Below are positions 45,811 to 55,769 of a DNA stretch of 64,000 nt, in pieces. Each line of letters starts with the position of its first letter. Positions within the stretch are counted from its first letter, which is position 1. The notes beneath the pieces were generated by a model. That model did no database searches, was not told the DNA's origin, and saw only the letters and a list, made by a program, of their open reading frames with translations. The stretch is from a virus. Taxonomy: Duplodnaviria; Heunggongvirae; Uroviricota; Caudoviricetes. The stretch lies in IMG/VR virus record IMGVR_UViG_3300026512_000004, positions 20,653 to 84,652 of that record. The stretch is one strand, 5' to 3'. A program made the translations under genes and the position numbers.

Positions 45811-46194
45811 TTAAATAATCCACCAATTAGATCCGTCACAAATCAACGTATAAGAGTCATTTTGATTTTCAATTTGAACAAACTCCTGACCATCAATCAA
45901 TCCACTCTCAGATTGAACTCTAACATAATTCACTGTATCATCAACCTTCTTAATAACTACAATCCTATCTTTAGCGTTCTTTAGTGTTATAGTAACATTG
46001 TTTGCGGAAGCATCTATCGGATAGAACTTGTTTCCTGTTTCTAACTCGGTGAAGTCGGAAGTCACAGTAGATTGAACTTGAATTTCGTTTTGTAGGATTT
46101 GCTGTTGTAAGTATGCTATAGATGGTGTAGCTATATCAGCTTTAGTAGGTTGTTTTTGTAGTTTGTGAGTGGATAATTTACGTATAATGGGCAT
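45811..46194 (-). CDS. hypothetical protein
   Basis: 127 aa. Confidence 0.35.
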   Translation of the reverse strand: MPIIRKLSTHKLQKQPTKADIATPSIAYLQQQILQNEIQVQSTVTSDFTELETGNKFYPIDASANNVTITLKNAKDRIVVIKKVDDTVNYVRVQSESGLIDGQEFVQIENQNDSYTLICDGSNWWII

Positions 46195-46217
46195 GATTTA
46201 AGCCTCCGTGTTTAAAG

Positions 46218-47921
46218 TTAGAGTTCGGCGTCAGCTACAACTTTAAATGGATTAGTAGTGTACTGACTCCCACCACCTCCAACCAAATCAAAAGCACTAG
46301 CATCTCCAACATTAAGAACGACATAGGTTCGCGAAGATACAATAGAAATACTCCCTGGTATTTGCCAACTACCAGCTCTGAATATCAAAACATTTTCATA
46401 CTTTATTGTAGGAGTAACTCTTTTCACAACTTTAAATGGTAAATAAACTTTTTCATTGTACTTATCGCAATCATCACTGTAACTTCCTTCCAAAACTTCA
46501 TAATACCTCATACATCTCATAAGTTGAATCTCATAAGGAACATACTCAAACTCTGTTGCTCTATCGCCCTCTTCCAACTGAACCCTTCTTATCCTAAACC
46601 AATCACCTTTCTGCCACTGATTTGTTCCTGTTAAGAAGTGGTAGTCTACACCGGTATGCAAACCTTCACTTGGTGCTTCATAGTTTTTATCGTTAGAGCC
46701 GATTATAAGTTCAAATCCTACATTCTCGTCATTTTCAAATCTCTTAGGGAATTCAGACAAGTCAAAAGTGAACTCAAATCTTTGAAACTCTCCATCTCCA
46801 TTATAGGTAAACTTTTTGATATAACTGTCAGTAACTCCACGAGTACAGTTTCTAAACGATAAAGAGTAATCTCCATTCTTATTTGATGCAAACTCAAACG
46901 AAAGTGTCACCTTCTTTCCTTGAATAGCTAAGTCGTATAAGTGTTGACCTTCAAAGCGATAAACAAATGAATGAATATGGCGATTGGAATTTGAAGTATC
47001 TTCGTCTTCAATCTTGTAGTAAAGAAAGTAAGTAGGAGACTCTTTGTAGTGATTGGATTCGGTGTAGAGAATCTTGATTTCGTCGTCTGTTAATGCACGG
47101 TTGAAGATGCGGACTTGGTCGATGAAGCCCTTAAAATAACTAGCACTTTCTACATGAGAACCGTCATAGTTATACATAACCCCCATATACCATTGAGCTA
47201 CATCAGCTAAGGTATTACTATTGATGTCTCTCTCATACAGCTTATTTCCGTCCAAATATAGGGTAGCAAGAGATGGTTGTAACTTCAGTATAACATTGTG
47301 CCATACTCCATCAGATACAAGGGTACGGGAATAATAGTAGTCTTCAACACCTAAGCCTAAGAAAGTGCCTATATAACCATCTTTTATTTCAATCCCAAAG
47401 TCATTGCTAGCGTCGCCTGCGGTTGCGAAACCTATTAGAGTTGGGTTATTCCAATATGTTGATCCATGAGCTGTTTGAGTCGTTTTAAACCATAAACTTA
47501 TTGAAGCGGGTAAACTCGTTAGAGGAGACGGTATTGCCATATAACTACTCCCATCAAACTTCGCACATTGACCAAACTTACCTATATCATACTGTTCATT
47601 TCCGCTCCAAGTTCCGTTGTAGTTTCCTGACAAATCATTAGCATTCCCGTCAAAAGTATATGTTGCAATGCAAGAACCATCACCGAAAATATCCAAAGTA
47701 TTAACCAAACTGCCTTCATCTAGAGCATAAACCTTATCTCTCCGTAAACCCACCGTATATCCCTCTACATTAGAAAATACTCTATCTATTGTATACCTAG
47801 CCTCATTCTCTAACCTAAAACTCTCACCCCTTTGAGCTACAGAGAAGTCTCCATTGATTATTCTATTTTTGAATTGACCGACTTCCTTTATAAATCTTGC
47901 ATCTAACTTATTCATCTCCAC
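46218..47921 (-). CDS. tail fibre / receptor-binding protein with LamG (concanavalin-like) domain
   Basis: LamG signature (WHNVILKL...LYLDGNKLYE...QVRIFNRALTDDEIKILY); N-terminus KNRIINGDFSVAQRG and C-terminal EFEYVPYEIQLMRCMRYYEV...DAEL shared with 48490-49635. Confidence 0.6.
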   Translation of the reverse strand: MEMNKLDARFIKEVGQFKNRIINGDFSVAQRGESFRLENEARYTIDRVFSNVEGYTVGLRRDKVYALDEGSLVNTLDIFGDGSCIATYTFDGNANDLSGNYNGTWSGNEQYDIGKFGQCAKFDGSSYMAIPSPLTSLPASISLWFKTTQTAHGSTYWNNPTLIGFATAGDASNDFGIEIKDGYIGTFLGLGVEDYYYSRTLVSDGVWHNVILKLQPSLATLYLDGNKLYERDINSNTLADVAQWYMGVMYNYDGSHVESASYFKGFIDQVRIFNRALTDDEIKILYTESNHYKESPTYFLYYKIEDEDTSNSNRHIHSFVYRFEGQHLYDLAIQGKKVTLSFEFASNKNGDYSLSFRNCTRGVTDSYIKKFTYNGDGEFQRFEFTFDLSEFPKRFENDENVGFELIIGSNDKNYEAPSEGLHTGVDYHFLTGTNQWQKGDWFRIRRVQLEEGDRATEFEYVPYEIQLMRCMRYYEVLEGSYSDDCDKYNEKVYLPFKVVKRVTPTIKYENVLIFRAGSWQIPGSISIVSSRTYVVLNVGDASAFDLVGGGGSQYTTNPFKVVADAEL

Positions 47922-48465
47922 CCTCCCACTTTATCCTACAAACAGAGTCAAAATCTGTAGCTGCATCCACTTGCTTCTCCAAATCCCACTTCTTCTGGAA
48001 AAGTTGAGCATGATAGGCAATCAACTCAGTAATCAAGGTTTTAAGCTGGTCAACTGTGATTGTGTGGTATTCGTTATTGTAATCTCGAATAGTAATTTTC
48101 TCTTGCTTCGTAGCTTCAGCAAGTTCTAACGCTCCTTTAAAGTTAAGCAAGTCCTCTTTCTTACAATCCACTTTTATGCCAAGTGTGGGAGAGGTGTAGC
48201 CTTGATTGAAAGCTTGGAGAAAGGCAGATTTGATTTCAAACTTCTTTAGTCGTTTTACTTCCTCTAAGGTGTAAGATGGGTCAGGTTCGTTACCGTGTTT
48301 CAACCACTCTTGATACTCCTGATAGTGACGGTTTGCTAGGTCAAGAGGGATGAACATATTAGTCTCGTTGTCTTTGATTCCTATAATGTTAGGTTCGTAT
48401 CTCGTAGTTCCATCTTCAAGTTTGATTTCTTTGATTCCGTCGGCTACGAGTTTGTATTTAGCCAT
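47908..48465 (-). CDS. tail-fibre assembly/chaperone-like protein (paralog of 57389-57943)
   Basis: 185 aa located just 3' of a fibre gene; conserved ...IRDYNNEYHT...KKWDLEKQVD... with 57389-57943. Confidence 0.4.
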   Translation of the reverse strand: MAKYKLVADGIKEIKLEDGTTRYEPNIIGIKDNETNMFIPLDLANRHYQEYQEWLKHGNEPDPSYTLEEVKRLKKFEIKSAFLQAFNQGYTSPTLGIKVDCKKEDLLNFKGALELAEATKQEKITIRDYNNEYHTITVDQLKTLITELIAYHAQLFQKKWDLEKQVDAATDFDSVCRIKWEGGDE

Positions 48466-48489
48466 CGCTTGTAACCTCCTTTGTTTGGT

Positions 48490-49635
48490 TTAGAGTTCGG
48501 CGTCAAAAATTATATATCCGTCTTGTGCAACCTCTCTACAAAATCCAAACAAAGTAGCAAAATTTGTCCTGGTAGACGTAGTTGTAGCGTGGAATTGAAA
48601 CCTATATGAGTATGTCGATGATACACCAACAAGGGAGTCTATATATACAGGTCCTCCACTATACTCTACTACAAGTCTATTTAAATCAGGACCATAAGAC
48701 ATAGAAGGCGGAACCCTCTTAGGCACTTTGAAGAAATAAGTAACCCAGCCACAATCGCCAGAATACCACTTTCCGTTCCCTATCGGAGTATCACTCCCTT
48801 CATCTCTTAGCACCTCGCAATACCTCATACACCTCATAAGTTGAATTTCATATGGAACATACTCAAACTCAGTCGCAACTTCACCTTCTTCTAGCTGCAA
48901 CTGAGCTATCTCTATGTAATTACCAGCTTGAGCTGCCCAGTTGGTATAATCTGAAACACAGTAAGGGTCTATACCACTAGAATTCTTTCCCACCCACTGA
49001 TTTTCCTGTCCCGGGTCGCACCTATTACTATCACCAATAAGTCCGATGTTCAGAACAAATCCGCGGTTATTATCGTTTCGTGGAGGTTGAAGCCAGTTGT
49101 GATCCAACGGTATAGTAACTGTAACCCTCTGTACTTCATCATTTCCGTTGCTAACAAAACTAGTCACATAATTTTCATATTTTGACTCGTCAGGTATACT
49201 AGTTTGATTGTGTAAACTTATGGATATTTTACCTGTTACATTAGACCTCCATAAAAACGATATTGTTACACTTCCCTTTTTTATAGCAATATCGTATAAA
49301 TGAGAGCCTTCGAAATGGTAGGTAAACGGATCCCAACATCGAGTATTAGAACCATCCCAAGATAAGTTTTCTGGTGGTGTATCTACTACAACTTTATACG
49401 AAGGCAACCCATTTAGACTTCCTCTGGATACGGTAAATTTACCACCAGCCCTTACATTAGATGCCCAAATTCTATCCGCACTTTTATATCCTTGATCTAT
49501 AGTTAACGCATCGGCGTCACTACTATAACTAGCACTAGTTCCTCTCTGCCATATCGCAAAGTCTCCGTTAATTATCCTGTTCTTAAACAACTTGTTATAT
49601 TGTGTATCGTTTAGAAACGCATATCTAGTTCCCAT
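48490..49635 (-). CDS. tail fibre / receptor-binding protein (paralog of 46218-47921 lacking LamG insert)
   Basis: Shares KNRIINGDFAIWQRG N-terminus, FEGSHLYDIAI block and EFEYVPYEIQLMRCMRYCEV...DAEL C-terminus; DNA near-identical over the shared blocks. Confidence 0.6.
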   Translation of the reverse strand: MGTRYAFLNDTQYNKLFKNRIINGDFAIWQRGTSASYSSDADALTIDQGYKSADRIWASNVRAGGKFTVSRGSLNGLPSYKVVVDTPPENLSWDGSNTRCWDPFTYHFEGSHLYDIAIKKGSVTISFLWRSNVTGKISISLHNQTSIPDESKYENYVTSFVSNGNDEVQRVTVTIPLDHNWLQPPRNDNNRGFVLNIGLIGDSNRCDPGQENQWVGKNSSGIDPYCVSDYTNWAAQAGNYIEIAQLQLEEGEVATEFEYVPYEIQLMRCMRYCEVLRDEGSDTPIGNGKWYSGDCGWVTYFFKVPKRVPPSMSYGPDLNRLVVEYSGGPVYIDSLVGVSSTYSYRFQFHATTTSTRTNFATLFGFCREVAQDGYIIFDAEL

Positions 49636-49636
49636 A

Positions 49637-51139
49637 CTATAACTCCTCCACTACGAGGTTTCTATTTTCTACATACAGCTTAACCAACGCTCCGTCAGCT
49701 TGGTCTCTCAAAACGAGGTAATCTGCAACATTGTCAGTCCAGTGAGGGACTAAAGAGTTCAGTTTGCTTTGATTCTCCACACTTGTGTCTACATAACCAT
49801 ACTTCTGTATAAAGACTAAAGTATCACCTGCAGCTAAATCAATATTCAGCTTTATAGTTCTACTATCAACTTCCTCGAAATCAACTCCATTCACCAACCT
49901 AACTCTGTTCAAGTAAACTTCCAACGACTTACCATCAGGAGTATAGACCATATTATTAGGAAGTGTAATAGTAATCGGAGCAGTCTGGTCAGAGGTAACA
50001 TTCATAATTTCAAATGCTTGGACATCAGTAACATAGGAATAACCTGTTTCTTTATAAAGAACACCAAAATTATAAACTTTACCAGACCCATTCCAAACTA
50101 TTTTGATATCCAAACTTGTAAATCCGTTTTCAACTAAAATAATCTTATCCAAATCACCAGATGTCCAAGTATTGCCTCCGTCAATAGAGTACTCTAAACT
50201 AGGCGCAACCGCATCGTCTGCTTCCACATGAACTAGAAATTTGTAGTATGTTTCGGATCCAGAAACAACCGTCGCAGTGAAATAGGCTCCTGTATCGCCC
50301 TGTAAACACGTACCTCGCTGATCATGAGTTAACCCATTAAGCGTTAGGTCATCTATATCATCCAATATATTATAGTAACAATATTCAAAGCTACTATTGT
50401 CTAATAGTATCATATATAGTGTATCTTCAAAACCACCTTCAGCAGCAACTTTACCTGCAGTCCATTTATCACCATCCCACACCAATCCATAACCTATAGT
50501 AGGATTCATATTATCATCTACATCACCCAAATCTTTAATAGATGATCCGTCTTTACTTATGTCAGTCCAAACATGACTATGCGCTATGATACTAGCAGGT
50601 TTTACACGTACCTGTAGTTGTTCACCGTTAATAGTTATAGAAGTTGTTTCAGTTAAAACAAGAGCACCATTTGAATCACGTGATATTTTCAACGCATAGA
50701 GTATTGATTTGTCAAGTTCAGGTATATACAGATCGAAATCAGATTTCGCGACACCATCCTCGTCTACGTAAACAATGGCGATCTTAAACGGATTTGGAGA
50801 AAGATCTCCAGAATACTTAAACCTGGTAAAAATACAAAGATAACCAGAAGTATAACCTGTTAAGTCAACGTCAAACTCAAATGGTTGAGTCAACTCCAAA
50901 AGCGTGATATCTTGAATACATTTACCAGGTGATAAAGTGAAATGTACAGTATCGCCAGAAATAGTGTATGTGACATCTAAACCATAGATAATGACGTTAT
51001 CCTGACCAAGAGTTAAAGCTTTTAACAGATTATTTGTATAACGGGAAATAAAGATTTTGGAGTCGGCTGTGCCATACTGGAAAATCTGCTGCCCGTAAGG
51101 AGATAAATATTGTTGTTGAAAAGGTGGTGTCAATGCCAT
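49637..51139 (-). CDS. hypothetical structural protein
   Basis: 500 aa, beta-rich composition. Confidence 0.4.
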   Translation of the reverse strand: MALTPPFQQQYLSPYGQQIFQYGTADSKIFISRYTNNLLKALTLGQDNVIIYGLDVTYTISGDTVHFTLSPGKCIQDITLLELTQPFEFDVDLTGYTSGYLCIFTRFKYSGDLSPNPFKIAIVYVDEDGVAKSDFDLYIPELDKSILYALKISRDSNGALVLTETTSITINGEQLQVRVKPASIIAHSHVWTDISKDGSSIKDLGDVDDNMNPTIGYGLVWDGDKWTAGKVAAEGGFEDTLYMILLDNSSFEYCYYNILDDIDDLTLNGLTHDQRGTCLQGDTGAYFTATVVSGSETYYKFLVHVEADDAVAPSLEYSIDGGNTWTSGDLDKIILVENGFTSLDIKIVWNGSGKVYNFGVLYKETGYSYVTDVQAFEIMNVTSDQTAPITITLPNNMVYTPDGKSLEVYLNRVRLVNGVDFEEVDSRTIKLNIDLAAGDTLVFIQKYGYVDTSVENQSKLNSLVPHWTDNVADYLVLRDQADGALVKLYVENRNLVVEEL

Positions 51140-51256
51140 ACATGTCCTCCTGCAATCGATTTGCTATTTTCCGAAGCACTTTAGTGAAATAAAACTAGAA
51201 GTCGCTTAGAATTAATCCGATACAAAACTTCTAAAACGACGGTTTTATAGAAAAAC

Positions 51257-51478
51257 TTAAATCAAGGTACTTAATCCACCTGCTAAAGCACCAATTGCAA
51301 ACTGCTTTAAAGCGTGTCTACGTTCCTTCGGTGACTTAACAAAAGCCGACTTCTTCTTACCAACTGTAGTAGCTGCTAAACTTGATCCACCCCAAATAGC
51401 TGCTTGTTTAGCTGCTTTTCGTACCAATTCGTCGTCAAAATCGATTTCGGTTAACACTAGTTTATAAGCTTGTAACAT
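51257..51478 (-). CDS. hypothetical small protein
   Basis: 73 aa. Confidence 0.3.
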   Translation of the reverse strand: MLQAYKLVLTEIDFDDELVRKAAKQAAIWGGSSLAATTVGKKKSAFVKSPKERRHALKQFAIGALAGGLSTLI

Positions 51479-51852
51479 TAGAAGAACTCACTGTTAATGT
51501 TTACAAAAATGTCTAAAGTCCCTGGGTTACTCAAATCGGAACCTATATAATCTATATGAAAACGAAAAATATCAGCTGGACGTGGAAATGGTACCGGTAA
51601 AACAAACTTATCAAAAGACCCATCAAACTCAGGCTGCCAAGGTGTGTAATCATCTAGGAGAAGCAAATAGTACTTATTGGAGTTGTCAAAATGATCACGC
51701 ACATAGAAAGAGAAGCGTATTTTATCCTCGGTACCACGTTGGTAATCAACATAGAGATAAATACCGTTGCACATACGCACATCTACATCATAAGTTGTTT
51801 CATCGATTTTGGTTGCCTTGTTTGGTCTCCAGGTGCGAACTGTAATTGGCAT
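51478..51852 (-). CDS. hypothetical protein
   Basis: 124 aa. Confidence 0.35.
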   Translation of the reverse strand: MPITVRTWRPNKATKIDETTYDVDVRMCNGIYLYVDYQRGTEDKIRFSFYVRDHFDNSNKYYLLLLDDYTPWQPEFDGSFDKFVLPVPFPRPADIFRFHIDYIGSDLSNPGTLDIFVNINSEFF

Positions 51853-52895
51853 TAGATACGTGAAGAGGGTATAGAACGCAGATGTGTCCTAGGTGGATGG
51901 GTTTGATCACAACGTGTAAACGGAAGCGGACGAAGTTCTACAGAAGGTTGTCCACCTCCTTCACACGGACCAAAGACAATCTCGAACTCCCAAGCTTTCG
52001 TAGAAGAAGCATTATCCTGATCCCAAACGGTTAACACTATTTTATACTGACCTTCATACTGAAACTGATATTCGTAAACAGGATTAGAAGAACGGTCCTG
52101 TTGATCAATAAGTTCATAATGATCGCCTATCCAACGATATAACTCCCATTTGTACTCAAGAAGATTATCGTCACCATCTATATCGTAGGAATAATGGTCG
52201 CTGGATAAATTACGTGCATCAAACTTATACCGTGGACAACAATAACCAGACTCTTCTACATCAAAGTCTGCCACAGGTGGTACATTAGACATGTGAATTG
52301 TTTTTACTTTATCAACAACTTGTGTTTGCCACCCATCATTATAGTAAACGATTTGTCGTACATTGACATCATGTTTTTCAGTGAAATTGTACCAAAATTC
52401 GTCCGTTTTGGACAAATTTGTCTTATCTGGTATATGATCGTTGTCAGTATCTAGTTCATCGACAGTACCATCGTCATAGATATCAAAATTAACATACTCT
52501 ACTTTACCATAAGCGGAATCTTCGTCGCGACTGTCATCAATTTGTTGAGCAAAGTGAACATAATCAGTAACAGTCGGTTCTTCTGGATCCCAGACGAAAT
52601 CAATGACAGGAGGATCATAAGGAGTAGGATGAACCGTTATCTGTACAGTCTTCTGGTAGATGTTGCCCCATCCATCATCGAAATAAATAACAGCACGCAC
52701 AATACGATCACCAGGACTGTGATAAACATGATAAATTACGTCATCAGGTGATTTATTTGTATGAGTAACACTTACATCATTACCATCTAAGTCATAGTCT
52801 TCTATATACCAATCAACGTACTGTATAGCTGGACATTTGTCAGTGTAGGATAAATGGTAGGCTACTTTTTCTTGACCATAAATTGTACAAGACAT
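51852..52895 (-). CDS. PKD-like domain structural protein
   Basis: Contains WYIEDYDLDGNDVSV...HVYHSPGDRIV and other W/D/Y-rich segments similar to the repeats of 52899-55760. Confidence 0.45.
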   Translation of the reverse strand: MSCTIYGQEKVAYHLSYTDKCPAIQYVDWYIEDYDLDGNDVSVTHTNKSPDDVIYHVYHSPGDRIVRAVIYFDDGWGNIYQKTVQITVHPTPYDPPVIDFVWDPEEPTVTDYVHFAQQIDDSRDEDSAYGKVEYVNFDIYDDGTVDELDTDNDHIPDKTNLSKTDEFWYNFTEKHDVNVRQIVYYNDGWQTQVVDKVKTIHMSNVPPVADFDVEESGYCCPRYKFDARNLSSDHYSYDIDGDDNLLEYKWELYRWIGDHYELIDQQDRSSNPVYEYQFQYEGQYKIVLTVWDQDNASSTKAWEFEIVFGPCEGGGQPSVELRPLPFTRCDQTHPPRTHLRSIPSSRI

Positions 52896-52898
52896 AGT

Positions 52899-55760
52899 TT
52901 AATGATTATAGTTATCAACGTTACATTCATACCAAATAGAAGCAGAAATTTCACAAGGTCGTGCCTCATAAGTCTTCGTTTTACTCGTAAAAGCTTGGTC
53001 TATCCACCCATCATCATAACGTACTGTCAAAGTAACCTGTTTATTCGGGTTACAACTAGTTGCGCCATTATCTGCTGAAAAAGGTTTGCGTGACGGATAT
53101 TGCCACGTGTAGAACTGATGTTCATCTGGTGGACGATCATTACGCTCTTCTACTGCTTTGTCATCTGAAATACCAGATGGATCTACGAATTTCCAATTCA
53201 CATCCAATTGTCGGTTATAAGGATCAGAAGTTGTGTTTATGAACTCTATTTCTCGTTGACCGACCCAGTAGTGACAATCACAGTCTTCGTCATAATCAGG
53301 TAAAGGATTTTCTGTAAAATCAGCCTGTAGAACATACTTATCAGTTGTTAAAGTCTTAGTAATATCTACGTATCTCTCCGCAAAACCATCATCATAATAG
53401 TAGCGCATTGTAACATTATGAGAACCGTAACTCTGGAAATAATGTGTTGGAGTGAAATCTCTAGATTTGTGAATGAAGGAAGTAGAGTTGTCTGGCGTAG
53501 AATTACCATAATCCGGATTATCTGGATTGTAGAGGTCATAATAATCAGAAATTTGCCAATCTAAATAACGACATCTGTTGTTAGGGTCAGAAGTATTGTC
53601 GTGGAAGGTCACCAAAGTATCACGACTAATAGGATGTTCTGGTGTCCAATAGAAATCAGGTGTTGGTGCAGGATAGGTCTGAGGATGGACTGTTTTGGTG
53701 ATTTCTCTACGTTCCCTCTGCCATCCATTATCAAAGTAAATAACAAGAGTAATATCGTGGTCATCTGGTGATTGAAAGTGATGACAAATTTGCGTGTCAG
53801 GTGGAACACCTAGAAGTTCTTCTGAATTATCCGTTTTCTGACCAGGATTAGGGTTATCTAAATTATCGACACTGTAATAGTCTTCAATATGCCAATCTAT
53901 AAAATACTGGAGGTTATCAGGATCATGAGTTGTATTAGTAAAACAAACTTTCTCTTCACGTCCTAGCGGATTCCAATTAGTGGCAGTAAAATCAGGATCT
54001 AATTCGTATTTACATTTGTTGACCGTTTTAGTTATGCTCTTTGTTACGTACTGCCAACCGTCCCAATATGTAATAGTAAGCGTAACATCAGTAGGATCTG
54101 GTGTATGGTATTTGATAGTCGGATATTGTGTGTCTTCTATGTGATAAGTGTTATCTACTTGTTGTGTGTTGTCAGGTGAACCTTCTCCAAACTTAGATGT
54201 CTCATCTTGTGAAAATGTGTAAAAATCAGGTAAAGAAGAAGGTGGCCAATAGTCCACTATAACCCAATCATATCGACTAATTTTATCCGTATCACCATAA
54301 GTACTATCAGGGTTAAAAGTAACATCTTGTGCACGGTTAATAGGACAATCGGGTGTCCAGGTGAAATCGGGAACTATGTTGAAAGGATAGATTTGTAAAG
54401 TTTTCTCGACCTCTTTGGTATGATCATACCACCCATCGTTCCAATAACAGAGCAATTTAACCGTTTTAGTTCCAGGTGACTGGAAAGCATGTTGTGGTTG
54501 ATACGTATGATCGACGTTATCGTAAATTTTAGTGTTGTCGGTACCGTCTAAAAGAGTATCCTCTATAGTCCATTTGTATGTATAGACGTCTGTGGAACGG
54601 TCGTAAGGATCTGAAGTATCATTGATAAAAGTTATCAATTCCTGCCCTTTTAACCGAGGCCCTTCCCAATCATTAGTATAAGTAGGTGTCCAGTGGAAAT
54701 CAACATCAGGTTCTGGATAGGTTTGAATAACTATTTGTTTCGTGACGGAAGTTTCCTGCCACTCTATACCATCAAACCACTTACATGTGAGCGTTATATT
54801 TTTAGTTCCAGGTGTTGCAAAAACATGTTGAGGTTGAAATGACCACTTGACATCTTCGTAAGTCTGTGTGTTATCGGATCCATCTTTGTTGGTATCTTCT
54901 ATAGTCCAGGTGTATGTATATTCGGTTCGACTACGGTTATCTAGGTCAGTGGTATCATTGATAAAAGTAACGGTAATAGGACCAACAACGGGATCTGGTG
55001 TCCAGTGAAAATCGACATTTGGTGGATTATAGCGGACGTTAACTTCTTTACAAATAACTTGTTCTGTATTCCATTTCTGTTTAATGTAGATACAAATAGT
55101 CTTCTTACCACCTTCAGTATAAACGTGAGACGCTGAAGTAGAATTTGTTCCATCAATAACAGTAGCAGGAATAGTATCTTGTGTTCCGTCACCCCAGTCG
55201 TAAACTGTTTCTAAAAGGACGTGACCAGGAAAGATCTCTACAAGATCGTACGTGTACTTCTGAGAAAGATCAGGGGTAGAAACGCAAGGATTTGATACCC
55301 AAGAATAATCAGGATAAGACGTTTCAGAAGCAGTATAGGTATGTTTCGTCAATAATTCATCAGGAGGCAAACTATAGGAGTCAACAATAGGTTTACGTTT
55401 TGGTAAAAGAGTTACGTCGATACGATAAACATCAACACCTTTCTGTATTAAATGTGTTACAAAACAACAATGAGTAAACGTTAATGATGTTCTATCTTCA
55501 TCACTAGGATCATCTTCGTTATAAACGTACGCTATATAGATTTTATCAATACCAGGTTTAAAAACTCCATCTACACCAAGAAACTGGGTATCGTTAAGGT
55601 TAAAGCTATAGTAACCATGGGTATCTATCTGATATGGCTCATCGGCCCATTTAGAAGGACTAGAGTTAGAATCTACCTGTTTAAAATAGGGGTAAACTTT
55701 ACCATGTTTTACCGGATTACAGTCAGGTCCATAAACGTATCCATATACACAATATCCCAT
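52899..55760 (-). CDS. large structural protein with tandem PKD/Ig-like domains
   Basis: At least five tandem repeats of about 95 aa, e.g. DFHWTPDP...TFINDTTDLDNRS...YTYTWTIEDT..DGSDNT...QPQHVF..PGTK.ITL.C.W.DG (PKD pattern F...V.F.D.S...Y.WDFGDG....H.Y..PG.Y.V.L), with matching DNA-level periodicity. Confidence 0.6.
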   Translation of the reverse strand: MGYCVYGYVYGPDCNPVKHGKVYPYFKQVDSNSSPSKWADEPYQIDTHGYYSFNLNDTQFLGVDGVFKPGIDKIYIAYVYNEDDPSDEDRTSLTFTHCCFVTHLIQKGVDVYRIDVTLLPKRKPIVDSYSLPPDELLTKHTYTASETSYPDYSWVSNPCVSTPDLSQKYTYDLVEIFPGHVLLETVYDWGDGTQDTIPATVIDGTNSTSASHVYTEGGKKTICIYIKQKWNTEQVICKEVNVRYNPPNVDFHWTPDPVVGPITVTFINDTTDLDNRSRTEYTYTWTIEDTNKDGSDNTQTYEDVKWSFQPQHVFATPGTKNITLTCKWFDGIEWQETSVTKQIVIQTYPEPDVDFHWTPTYTNDWEGPRLKGQELITFINDTSDPYDRSTDVYTYKWTIEDTLLDGTDNTKIYDNVDHTYQPQHAFQSPGTKTVKLLCYWNDGWYDHTKEVEKTLQIYPFNIVPDFTWTPDCPINRAQDVTFNPDSTYGDTDKISRYDWVIVDYWPPSSLPDFYTFSQDETSKFGEGSPDNTQQVDNTYHIEDTQYPTIKYHTPDPTDVTLTITYWDGWQYVTKSITKTVNKCKYELDPDFTATNWNPLGREEKVCFTNTTHDPDNLQYFIDWHIEDYYSVDNLDNPNPGQKTDNSEELLGVPPDTQICHHFQSPDDHDITLVIYFDNGWQRERREITKTVHPQTYPAPTPDFYWTPEHPISRDTLVTFHDNTSDPNNRCRYLDWQISDYYDLYNPDNPDYGNSTPDNSTSFIHKSRDFTPTHYFQSYGSHNVTMRYYYDDGFAERYVDITKTLTTDKYVLQADFTENPLPDYDEDCDCHYWVGQREIEFINTTSDPYNRQLDVNWKFVDPSGISDDKAVEERNDRPPDEHQFYTWQYPSRKPFSADNGATSCNPNKQVTLTVRYDDGWIDQAFTSKTKTYEARPCEISASIWYECNVDNYNH

Positions 55761-55769
55761 AGAAAAAGC

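Noticed and set aside
52899-55760. Tandem DNA repeats that could be mistaken for a CRISPR-like array
   Set aside because: The repeats are about 290-nt, in-frame, protein-coding PKD-domain units. There are no short spacers or direct repeats.
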